A program made the translations under genes and the position numbers. Shown in pieces: positions 48,250-60,708 of a DNA stretch of 64,000 nt. The DNA lies in the NCBI GenBank assembly GCA_040285825.1, contig JAUPSS010000006.1, positions 682,001-746,000 of the forward strand. Direction: 5' to 3'. The DNA comes from Eukaryota sp. TZLM1-RC. Lineage: Eukaryota > Protista > Metamonada: BaSk clade. How positions within the stretch are numbered: position 1 is the first letter of the stretch; every line of letters begins with the position of its first letter. Under the pieces are notes generated by a model, which was not told where the DNA came from, did not search any database, and saw only the letters and a list, made by a program, of their open reading frames with translations.

Positions 48250-51205
48250 ACAAGTAAAATCGTTCTTTATGAATTCTTTCATTTTGAAAATCATTATTTG
48301 AATATCCAGCCGCGACCCGCGGGCACGAAAATTCTTGTCAATGTCACCCACGACAGGAAGTTCTACAGCAGTGATGCATATTTTGTGGGACTTATCAACC
48401 AGGCCTAATTTTCTTTGTTATTCTGCTCTTACATGTGGGAATGTCGCTAGACTTGATGATTTTTCTGAAACACTTATTGAAATCAAAAAAAATGCAAAGA
48501 AGATGATTGTTCTCTTTCTGGACGACGTTAATTTCAATATGCCCAAATTCATGGAACGCATTCGAGGTCGCTGTGAAGATTTTGTTTTTGTCATAATACT
48601 AATTTCAATGAAGGTAAACAAGGAAATGCAATATTGAAGTAATGTTGTTGTCGAACTTAAATTGAATTAGTAGGTATCTTTGTATTTTGACTGATGACGT
48701 GATACTCGTTTATGAATCAGTTTTATTAATAAACTTAGATTTCTCTCTCTCCTTCGTGTGTTCATCTGCCTAACGGCATCAATAATTATTGGCCCTTCTT
48801 ATTTCAGATGACTGTTCCCTCTGTTAACCTGACGTCTCTTTCTTCCATGAAAGTTGAAAGTGTTCTTCTGTTCCTATAGGAGTGAAAGATTTATTCTTCG
48901 GTGACTCCTAAGAAAGAGCTTGTTCCAGCAAGACTCTTGGTCGATTCTTTTCTGTTAGAGTCCCTATCTCTCCAGAAATCCGACGGCTGATCCAGTGACG
49001 ATGTTCTTCTCAGACATCTACAATCTGTCGTATCGTTCGCCATGTACGAAGATTTTAGTCTGGCTATGTCAGAACTGATGCTTTATGTCCGTATTGGTGA
49101 CGTCCGAGAACGTATGTCCTGTTACCTGCGACGTTTTTTCCAGGTAAAGAGCAGGGCTTCCGGACTGAAGTTGCCAGACATAGCTTTTCTGAACCGATTT
49201 GCCAGAGGACTTCTTTTCGTAGGTATCCAACGTTCTCATACCAACGATGCACCGGAGTATTTAACAAACCCCATATCTTCCCTCTATTGAGCCAGTACCG
49301 TATTTGTCCTCAGAAAAATGGGAAAAAGTAGTGTTGTTGTCGAACTTAAATTGAATTAGTAGGTATCTTTGTATTTTGACTGATGACGTGATACTCGTTT
49401 ATGAATCAGTTTTATTAATAAACTTAGATTTCTCTCTCTCCTTCGTGTGTTCATCTGCCTAACGGCATCAGTAAAACTTTTTCTCCATAGAAAAATTCAC
49501 CTTTGACCATAATCGTCTCGGAAAACATTTTGTAGCATCCATCAACAATTTTGTTGAAAGCTGCATCAAAAAAGTTCCTGAAGAACACTGTTATCAGACA
49601 TCATTTTAGGCTCTGGGAACATTAAATCTTCTTGGAAATTTTTTAAAGTTATCCAAAGCAGTATCAGAAATCAGTCGAAAATTTAGTTCTTCTCGTTATA
49701 ATATTGATAAAATGTTTCTCAAACTTATTGCTGTTATGACAATTGCTGTAGGTAGTCGTCTTCGGAAATTGCAGATGAACTATTTGATGAATTTCATCGT
49801 TCGTTTTTGGAGACCCTGATAGGCTTATCCCGTACACAACAGCACTCCAATCTCACTGTAAGTAGTGTTTCATCCAATGTTGACGAGGGAAAACCTTCTT
49901 GGTTTATGATCCACGCTGTGGCAGAAGAATTTGTCAAGGCAGAGGTGAACGATTATCGCTCAATTTGTCCTGTTGTGTATTTTCTACCACAGGTCGTTGA
50001 TGAATTTTGTCATAAAAAAGTTGTCCTTAAATTACTTCAACATTGTTTATATCTCTTGGTAAGACGCTACAGAAGACCTCATGTTGAAGCTTCCGCTGAA
50101 ATCAATGCTTTGGGTGAAAATTCTGTTAATCTGAAAAAGCAATTTGAGTCGCTGGATTTTCATCATTGTCGATGTGTACTAATTGCTTAAAAGTTTTGTC
50201 GTTATGTTTCCCAAAATGCTTCACGTTATTTAACTGACAGTCTTAATCGAGAACAATATTCGATTTCAATCAAAGAACGACCAACATTGTCAAGTGAGAT
50301 GGGTGATATTTGGTGTTGCCGTTTAACAATAGTGATTATGTCGCTGATGAGTAACCATTGAGGAAATTACAATTTTCCTTGATAATTTTGTTCCTGAATT
50401 GAAAAATCTTTTGAAACCAGTGAACACATTTTGATCCAAAGATACCCATCACTGAATCCAACAAGTCCACAGTTGATAAACTAAATTTTTTATGAAAATT
50501 GGTTGACTTGCCAACATACCTTACTGCTTATTTTTCGGTTTATTCTATGTCTATAAAGTTGGCACTCGAGCTTGAAGATTATGATAAGATCTATAACTTT
50601 GTGTTGAGTAAAAAATATCGGCATTCAGTATATTTGAATTTTTGGCTTTTTTTGAGTCTTGTGGGGGGAAAATTGGCCAATTCAAAATATGCTAACAGAA
50701 TTGAAAAAGCAATCAACTGATGATATTCAAAGTATTATTTGGTCGTCGTTTTGTAAATGGACATTGTTCCGTGACAAGAACCTCCAGTTTTCGCAACACC
50801 TATAACCATTTTGAGTAGTGAGTTGATGACGTGTCATTGGTTCAATTAGATTATTGTTCTTTGTCATTAGTTTTCCATGTTACATTGATAAACTTCTTGT
50901 TTCGGTTTTTAATGCGAAATTCATGTGCACGAAATACACCAGATCAACATAAGTTGTGTAAGACCCGACTTCTCTTTCAAAATTTTGATATTCTGTTTAC
51001 ATTTCCCAATTACGTCCAATGGCACTTTGTTTCACTTCTATTTCAATGTATAGCTTTCCTCCATCAGCAAACCATCTGTAATAGCGATATTTATTCTCAA
51101 AGCAACTTGTGGAGAGGATCACTCCATTGTGCTCAAATTCCACAAATTGCTCTCATTGATTTCGAATTTGGTTTCCATACCAATGGCGACCTCAAAGCAA
51201 AATAA
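48250..51205 (+). pseudogene. SAMD9-like NTPase - helical/TPR - OB-fold-like remnant (copy C), interrupted by the TRIM-like element
   Basis: ORFs 48335..48637, 49807..50190, 50499..50720 and 50831..51205 mirror copy B. Confidence 0.65.
48643..49470 (+). mobile_element. 828-bp non-autonomous LTR retroelement (TRIM-like)
   Basis: 139-bp LTRs at 48643-48781 and 49332-49470 (TGTTG...CATCA), identical by eye. TSD GTAA at 48639-48642 / 49471-49474. PPT at 49312-49331. Gag-like remnant at 49042..49290. Empty site in copy B (~41078-41092). Confidence 0.92.
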
Positions 51206-53639
51206 CACAGTAGTTTAGCTGTTTACCAGCAAGGATCAGCACTGCTACAATTATGTGCACTTTTTGCTCCATCCCTTGATGCAGGGTCACTTCTCTATTA
51301 AATTTTACGCATGATAAATTTGCATCAGTTTGGAATGGACCAATCAGTGGAAAACTCGGCACAGCTGTAGAAGCTAAGTGTTATAAAAAGTAATATATTG
51401 AAAATATGACAAAACTAATCCCTCAATCAAACCAAGCTTCATCAATTTACCCAATTACTGCGAACCAAAACAGTTGTTTGATATTATTCGACGTGATCTA
51501 AGCTATTTTTGATGTTCTTGTTTTGTTGTTGTTAATATAACATTGGACTTGCGCATTCGCACTCAAGCCGAAGCAAATCATTTTGCCATATTGAAGGCTT
51601 TCACTTTAATTTTTTCAGATGTAACAAACGGAGTCTTTGATTCCATTAAACAGTGAAAGGATTAAACATTCAGCATTCTCGTTGTTTGGTTTTGATTTGC
51701 CTATTTTGTGATTGTTCTCTTGGTATGAATATTTCCAGTAATACAATTGAGGTATTTTATCAATCATAACTAATTAGTAGACGATTTAGACCATGCAAAC
51801 AAGGACATTGACTTTTGGTTTTTCCTGTATGTCTTAAACCCCGGGTAATTAAAGTACTTAGAAAATAAACAGATCCACCCATGAAGTATGTTCTTCATCG
51901 TCTGATTTACTTTGATGCAAAACAAAAATAGAGTATATCACAGGAGCATGCATGTTGGAGGGTACATAGTGTATCTACATAACTTTTGCGAATCATCCAA
52001 TCGCTTTTTCCTCTTCTGGCTATGAAACGTGACCCACGACTACGTACTTCATAACATATCTAAGAGAAACCTCCAGATCCAAGAAGATGAATCCATCCCT
52101 GTGTTAGCCTTGGATAATATTTGCATTACTAGTTTAATTGTAAATTATTGTACAAATGCGCCCATGCGCTGAAATTGGGGTAAATCCTCATTCCCTCATG
52201 ATAAATCTCATTACATTCAGGTATACTTATGTCTAACCCATCTAGATCATCAATACATGTTGGATCCACTTCGGTGGGTTAGGTTTCGTAAAATTATTTA
52301 AACGAAAGAGATAGGGTTGGTCTCTGTAGATTCTGTGGTAATCCTGGCCACTCCATCAATGAATGACCAAACCCAGACTGCCAAATGTTCAAACAGTGGC
52401 CATATCAGCCACAACACCACCCGAAAGTAATGGGAAATCTGCAGAGGTAATTGTAACACACTCATCCAACAATTTGTATTTTTTATAAGACTGTTGACCG
52501 CAATGCTTGGAACCCATGGGCAGCCCTCAATTGTTTACCTTTTTAGATTATTCTTACAGAAGATTAACAAAACAACTAACAATCAACTAGTCAACACCTA
52601 CGCAATCTGGATTGACGAATTTCCTGCAGGAAAGAAAGATGTTAGAAAACTTAGCTCAATACTTTTCTTAAACCGTTATCATATATGGATAAGGCATCAC
52701 AGCACATCAGTATACTGTGAAAAAGTGGAACATTTAACATTTTCTGTTGAGGTAAACAATTTCAGATTTATTCGAAAATAAAGTTGATGTACGAATTAAA
52801 CCTACAAAGATCCAAAAGCATGAAGATTTGAATATTGCTAAAAAATTTGTACAAATATTGCCCAACGATATTCTGTTGATCCTCATTCAGTAACTCATCG
52901 TGATGGTAATAGACAATCCAGATGACAAAATTAATCCCTCAATCAAACCAGAATTTATCAATTTACCCAATTACTGGGAACCAAAACAGTTGTCTGATAT
53001 TATTCGACGTCATCTAAGCTATTTTTGTTGTTCTTGCAACGAAGATCAAAAGCACAATGATTTGCTATTAACAAATGAGAAATGTCACTCAATTTTAAAG
53101 GGACAATTTTTCAACGACATGGACGAATTCCACATCTAATATAAAAGAACAAATCAATGAAATAGACTATTGAAATAAATGCTTTAGATTTCTGAAACTT
53201 TGTTTGAAAAGTTTTGATAGTTCCGAAATAAGCAAATAAATTGCCACAGATACAATGAGAAAAACTTTTACACATCAATATGGTGCATTCAGAAGAACTG
53301 ATGCTGAGAGAAGTCACTGTTTAAATAATTTACGAAAACAATTGGGACATGATAGTGCCAACACTACTTTAACAGGTAAAGCAATAAAAAAAATGAGGGA
53401 AAAGCAGAAGTGGGTAAAGATGTAGAGAGATTAACAGCCATTCAAACAGCATTTGATTGAAGTAGTAGACATCATTGACAGTTGATGAAATACAATTTCA
53501 ACTAAAACTGATTAACATTATCTTAACCTACTTATTCGAAATAATTGGTAGTTGTAACCCTTATCACTATATCAATGAGAAGGAGGAAAAACAATTATAT
53601 TCGTAATACCAGTCCAGAAATGTTCTCATTTGCCAGCCA

Positions 53640-54250
53640 AAACTAAACGTGACCTTCTGGATTAGAAAAGTATCTCGTCATCTGTAGTTTAAATTTGTGC
53701 CTTGTTTTGACTTTATGATTTTCTTAACTCTTTTAATAAACGTCTGTTTTATTTATTTATGTTTATGACCAATAGTGCACGTAAAACAACAGCAATGACT
53801 CCAGCTGTGCTCCCTTGTCAGGAAACTTGGAATCCTTACAGAAGACTAAGTATTCTTGAACTGATAAGAGAGAAAAACTCATGGAAGATGAAGCCATTCC
53901 TAATCAGTTCATCCCTCCGTCCGATCTGATCTTTGCCCTATCCTCCTTAGCTGATTTAGAGGAAGCCACGTTTTGACTCAATGATGAGGACGTTCCTTCA
54001 AAGATTTGCTGTTTGAGTATCCCAAAGTATTTTCAAAGTTCCCGCCACTAAAGGAACTGAATGTCCTCCGATGAGAATCCGTTTTCATGATGAGACAAAA
54101 GTAGTATCGAAGAAGTTGCGCTATTTGCCCCCTGATAAGCTGAAATTCACTAATGAGGGAATGGACGTCCTCATCAATAATTGTTTTGCTGTCCCATAGG
54201 ATGGCTCTTGGAGCTTCCCTAACTGCTAAGTACAACGCCCTGGTGAGCCG
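53640..54250 (+). mobile_element. LTR remnant (ends at 53791) plus protease tail and RT fragment inside unit C
   Basis: Homologous to 24130-24760; CTAAACGTGACCTTC is shared with the LTR at 31421. Confidence 0.65.
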
Positions 54251-54759
54251 GAATAACAGAAGAACAGTTTATGCTTGTTGATATCTTTATTAATCACCGG
54301 ATATTTCCTCTATTCAAACTGCAGAAACATTCATTGCATGTCCCTAGAACAGTTAAGGATGACAGCAGAGAGGTTTATTCTTCACAGATCCTTAAAACTC
54401 TTTTGCCTTTGATCATGGAAATTTGGGCTTTAGACCGTTCAATCCCTGTTACTGTTCTTGTCAACTTTTGCATTCAGTGTCGTATTTAACAGAATCCTGA
54501 AAATCAAGATTTTTTACTAAAATTATTTCTTAACTCGATTCTGCTCAAGGATGTGGCTGATTTTCATGCAATACTTTTCGTTTAGTGTTTTGTGCTTGAC
54601 ACAATGACATGCAAAACACACTTTTTTTGAAGCCACCAGCTCAACGAAGGTTCAACAATTCAATAAAGTGTCTAAAATGATAAATGGTACATTATTTCGA
54701 TAAACACAAAAAGCACACCGAAACTTGAAGTGCTAGTTCCACGCTTCTTGGCAGTCGGA

Positions 54760-55240
54760 CCAGCCAACTGCGAGGAGCCTTTTTTAGTTGCTCGCTGACC
54801 TGTTCTCTTGAAACGCAATATTTTTAGGAGCTGTGCTCAATTTTTTCATTGCTTCTGGTCCAAGAAGTACGCCGACTGTGTACTTCAAAGGAATCTGCTA
54901 GATGAGTCAATTTTGTAATGGTATCAACAAATACACCAGCATATCTTGGTACATTGGCTCAATATGACAGCCAATGCCTATATTGGTGGTGGTGAAAATT
55001 TGTTTAAAAAATCAATGAGAAGCAAACGATTTCCGAGCAATATGGAGTCTCCGGTCAACAATCTTTTAATATGGCCTGAGTATTTCATTTTCTTTAGAAG
55101 ATTACTACCCTGATGCGATGAAAAGCACTCTCTCTCCATGGTCCAGTTGGTCTCTATGCTTCTGCAGCTTGACTAAAGAAGCAGAAGCTTATTTGCCAAA
55201 ACTAAATGAAAACAAAGAGCTTCTGATCAACCCTTATCGG
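54760..55240 (+). pseudogene. SAMD9-like SIR2-region remnant (copy C)
   Basis: Reverse complement of 4760-5300. Confidence 0.5.
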
Positions 55241-58200
55241 CTTTTTTAATAAATCCAAATTTATTAACTACACCATTTATTCAAATGGTGATTCCGTTCA
55301 ATACCTGTTACTGTTCTTTTCAATTTTTGCATGCAATGTCATATTTCTGAGAACCCAAATTATTGAATGTTTTTGCTGAAATCTTTTCATTATTTGGTTC
55401 TGCTCAGGAATGTCGCTGATTTTCATATGATTTTCAGTTCTTCTCGATGGTGCTATGTTCTTGACCAATCTGCTCAGTCAAAGAATATAATTTCCGATAG
55501 AACTCTATGGGTATGTGTTATGATCCATTAGTTGTTATGGTCTATCACTCAGTGAAAACTTATCCTTTACGACTACTGTTTTATCTACCTCAACGATACC
55601 TAGCCTGATATTCCATTCTCAATAATTTAAAAAATAATTGAAAAAATAAAATATAATGATAATAGAGGCAGCTTTGAACCCAGTGTCTGTGCCTCACGAT
55701 AATAATTTGTACCGATGTCCTGTACAAAATAACCTGTTACTGAATCAGAACCTGCCGAGCACAGTACAAAAACAATGGTCTCTTTGCCTTGTGCTGATTG
55801 ACAATCAATTCTTCTCAGTCCTCTGACCCAACAAATTCTCAAAAAATTGTCACTACTGGATTATTAGGTATGTTAATCATAAAACTAATCATGGAATTGA
55901 TAAAAACGCATAATGAAATATTGGTGAAAATGAACGACACCATTAGCGAGATGTATTCTAGTCTCGTAGAAGTACATGTCCATCGAAATGATCGTCAGAA
56001 CATACAGTTAAAATTCCCGTCTCCAACTATGCCTAGCCCAAAAAAGCTGAAACTGCCTAAAGTGTTAAAGTCTACATTGTTCCCGCCAGTGAAAAGAGTC
56101 CACTTTTGTAATTGTTGATTGTATTAGTTTTGGTTTTTATAAATTGATTCTTACTTATTACTAGTTGTACATTGATATATAATACAAACAAAAAATTCCA
56201 GTGTTTGTATGGTATGCAGCAATACTCACAAACTCAATTTTTTCATTGAAACAAATGGTGAAAAATTATTAGAGAACGAAATTATGTTTACTTCTAAAGC
56301 ATTTGAACAATTCAACAACACAGATTATATCAGCAAAATTTTAAAATTTTGGGAAAACAGAACTTGTCACAATTACAATAAAGGGTTGTCATCAACAGTA
56401 CTGCTGATATCAATTATTGTGAACAAGAGCATGAACTGCTTCTGTGGAAATAAACAATTTCAATTTATTCGAAAATAAATTTGATGTAGGGATCGAACCT
56501 ACAAAGATCCAAAAACATGTAGACTAAATAGACACACGTAATCAGATCTTTCTTCACCGTAATCAACCTCAAACAGTGAAAAACTGAATGATTGATGACT
56601 GCTCAGTCGTTTATGTATTTATGATCAGAGCCTCAAAATAATGAGAATTACTCTCAATATTTGGTAGAGACTCTGAATTGCAAAAAATATTGATGAGAAA
56701 TAGTACCCTACAATGATTACTAGCAGTTGAATCAAGAATAAATGAAAGCAGTTTTGAAATCGGTAGCAGAATCAGTAGCAACATTAGAATCAGATTGTCA
56801 TTCAATGACATCTACATTATCAAAATCAACATTAGATTTGACATCGGTGAATAGAGGTTCATCATTAGCACATCCACTAATAACTTAACCTTTAGGCTCA
56901 ACTGGATCTCAAAGTTTGACATTGGCTGAACCCAAGATTGTATGATAATGTATAATGACACAAACACCCTCGTCATGGGTTCAATCCCTTCGAGTCCAAA
57001 ATTTATGTTCTCTTCACGATATTTCTAAATTCAATTCTCGGCAGTGGGTTTAAAAAAATGGAGAAGATGTGACAAAAGAAATTAACAAGGTAAGGCCAAT
57101 GAAATGCATAAACAAGTTGAAACAGAAGGACAAGTATGGAAAAGAACAGAATGTTACCTTGTACTCAACAATTGAATGAAAAGAAGAATTCAATGGGGAG
57201 GGGTAGGTGGGTTTAAATTCGGACAAGTAAGTTTCTTTACTGGGTACGATCAGCACGAACACACAAGAGAAGAAGCGACAATCATCAAAGATAATGAAAT
57301 AAACTGAAAGAACTATGAAGAGAGTTGGGTTGGCAAGGTTTCAGAGGATATCTTGAAAGGATATCTGTAATGTTTACAGTTTTAATGGTCAATAGTATCC
57401 GATCGATCGGCTTTGATGGAGGATTCGGAACGTAATAGCCACGGTTCACCAAGGTTCTTTAAGTTGTGCTAGGTCACTGATGATAAGTTGAACATTATTG
57501 ACAGAATAATCAAGGTTGAAAACGTAAGTCGTAAAATATTGTGAAGAAGTTATTGCTAAAAACATTTTGGTATCAAAACTACTTGATTGCATATGAATGT
57601 ATGATTCGACTCAACCCAATTCTCTTTCTTCTTATCTCTTTTCTATGATGGTGAGGAATCTAGGTCCGTGGATCATTATTCCCGCACCTCGTATTATTGA
57701 TGATAGATGCTACCGATTCGTCCATCTTAACCTTCTGGTTCAATACTTGCTGTGTCTCTCATCCCGTATACTGATTCTCTATCTTATCGTTGCTTTATGG
57801 GTGTTTTTACCTTTTTCAACCAACTGCTCTAATCACCATCCTTTTCCTCATTTGTAACATCACCATCACCTTTCTTCTCTATCTAGCTGATTGTCTCTTC
57901 ATTTTCAGATCTCTTTACATCAATTTTGTCTATCTGAAAAGTTACTCACCCGGACTCGAACGCCGAACGATAGGTCGGTCGACCTGTCGGTTCTTCCTTC
58001 CTTCATCAGCTATTGAAATCATTTATGCTGTTGATTCAAGTTGGAAATTGACCAGGATAAGCTCGAATTGATTCTAATTCTACAGTTTTTACTACATGTT
58101 ACATTTCATTTTGTTTTTAATGAATATGTTCTTGTTGGCTGTCATTTATTTTGCCCTTGGAATCGTTCATTTAGCATTTACCATTACAGACTTGATATTG

Positions 58201-58389
58201 TTGAGCATGAATCTTATACTAGTTTATTCTAGTTTTAAGTTTTCAAATGTGATTCAAATTATTTATTGTTTTCTTTACAAATTAATATAGTTTAAGTTTT
58301 CTCTTTAAATATATTTATTATCTTACATGCTCACTTACCCAAGGTTTATTTTTTTGGATTTCATTGTTCTTTAATTTATTTATAATTTT

Positions 58390-58720
58390 AGAGTCTCTAC
58401 CAAATATTGAGAGTAATTCTCTTCATTTCGAGTTTCTTTTTATAAACACATAAACGACTGAGTAATCATCATTCATTCAGTTATTAACTGTTTGAAGTTG
58501 AATACGGTTAAGAAAGATCTGATTACATGTGTCTATATAGTCTACTTGTTTTTGGATTTTTGTAGGTTCTGAAGAGCAAAGGTCGTTCAGTTTGAGGACA
58601 AGGAAACTTACCAAAGTTCTGGGAGGTTGGCGGGGCTAACTTGGTTATTGATTCTGTCTTGGTAGGACCAATCCGGCGTTGACCGTTTTTAAATATTGAG
58701 CCACTGATTTTGATGGGGTT
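58390..58720 (-). mobile_element. Gypsy RT tail fragment joined to the high-copy ~190-bp block
   Basis: Reverse complement matches 31925-32255. Confidence 0.7.
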
Positions 58721-59019
58721 TGTCTTTACCTGATGACTTTATTGGCGGTCAATAATTATTGTTGCTTGACATCGTGTACATTACCTTCGTCAAAGCCCTT
58801 TAAAAGATAGTTGTCAAATTAAGAACGGAGTTGTTCAATCGATAAAGTATGACTTCTGGAAGGAGTTGGCATATTATGAATGATGATGGAGTTTTGTGTA
58901 AAAGCCTTATCTTCCAAAACACACCCATTCTTATACTTTTCTTCCGCATTGGAGTCAGTGCTCCAATTACTTTGCATAAGTGGCTGGTGTGGGGCTGTTA
59001 TGACCTACTGCATACGAGC

Positions 59020-59620
59020 AAAAGAAGATGAGCTTCCAAGACACAAGCCCATCAACTAGAAGCTGCTGGTAGTTGCCTCGCAGCTGGCGACACCTTGCAT
59101 TCACTAGTTGTTGGAGAGGCCTACTAGTGGGTAGTGCATGATTCTGACCTGTTCATAACATGAACAAGACAGCAAAAGCCCATGTGTAGAGATTCGCTGG
59201 AGCTTTTTATACACATGACCTTTGCCAGATCTGTTGAATGGATGACTGACTTTTGGCTGAGAGCCCGCCCAAAAGGCCAGATACTGGCACACCAGAGCGG
59301 GATCAGGGGTGAATCTTCCTTTGGCCACAGTAATTACTCTTGATTATGTGCACCAGGTTCCATAAACAAAATAAAATAATAACACAAGACGTTTATGATG
59401 ATGACGATTATGGAGGAGAAACTCAAAATAAGGAAAAACAAACAAGGAATTTACACTGGTGATGTCGTGATGTCACGTCATACTTTCCTAAATCAGAAAG
59501 CACCTTTAGTCTAAGCTAACATATATGTATAACATGTCCTAAGTTTTGTGTCCTTAGAAGCATAGACCCTTGTAGGACGCAAGCTCTTGTGAAGACAACA
59601 ACATGTCGCATGTACACTTT
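59020..59620. repeat. Inverted, rearranged copy of parts of 21240-21950
   Basis: 59020-59260 matches the reverse complement of 21720-21950; 59520-59620 matches the reverse complement of 21240-21325. Confidence 0.75.
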
Positions 59621-59989
59621 ATTCACACAACAAACAAAGAAAATGCTGATTGTTTAATCCTTTCACTGTTTAAGCTTTTGTCTTTCCAGTACCTGCTTCC
59701 CCCCAATACCTATGGTTCAACTATTATTTGCTACATACCATTTAACGGTTGGAGCTTCATATGGCTTATCAGCCACTATAATGCGACTTAGAGGTCTTGC
59801 TCTGGCTCCGAACAACATGAATGCTTCCATGTTTTTCTTTGTCGCTGCCATAAAACCTTCGTCAGCATTACTTTCAATCTATTCATCTTATATTCCGCCC
59901 CTTCCATTGCTTCCATATGCTTTAGTTAGCTGTTTTTTGTTATTTACATACCGATCCATTCCGCAACTAGTTCACAACAAAACCAATAT

Positions 59990-60550
59990 GTTATTTTGCT
60001 TTGAGATCGCCATTGGTATGGAAACCAAATTCGAAATCAATGAGAGCAATTTGTGAAATTTGAGCACATTGGAGTGATCCTCTCCACAAGTTGCTTTGAG
60101 AATGGATATCGCCATCACAGATGGTTTGCTGATAAAGGAAAGCTATTCATCGAAATAGAAGTGAAACAAAGTGCCATTGGACGTCATTGAAAAATGTGAA
60201 CAGAATATCGAAATTTTGAAAGAGAAGTCGGGTCTTACACAACTTATGTTGATCTGGTGTATTTCGTGCACATGAATTTCGCATTAAAAACCGAAACAAG
60301 AAGTTTATCAATGTAACATGGAAAACTAATGACAAAGAACAAGAATCTAATTGAACCAATGACACGTCATCAACTCACTACTCAAAATGGTTATAGGTGT
60401 TGCGTAAACTGAGGTTCTTGTTGCGGAACAACGTCCATTTACAAAACGACGACCAAATAATACTTTGAATATCATCAGTTGATACGTTTTTCAATTATTT
60501 TAGCATATTTTGATTTGGCCCACCTGAACCCAATTTTTCCCCCACAAGAC
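59990..60550 (-). pseudogene. Further partial copy of the SAMD9-like C-terminal end
   Basis: Direct repeat of 39350-39900. Confidence 0.55.
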
Positions 60551-60708
60551 TAAGCAATTTCTCTTTGGGACAGCTATTGTGTTTTGTTTGCCTTCGTGGT
60601 GTAATTGTACAGCACCATTTGAACAAACAGTATAGTTACTTTATTTCGATTTATTAATCGATCAGCTTTCCTTTTGTTTTCAGCAGCGTTACAGAAAATT
60701 TTTTCCAA

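Larger units (their letters stand above)
47950..57650. repeat. Segmental unit, copy C, inverted relative to A and B
   Basis: Reverse complement of ~33330-41770, with extra segments 48643-49470 and ~53660-53995. Confidence 0.9.
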
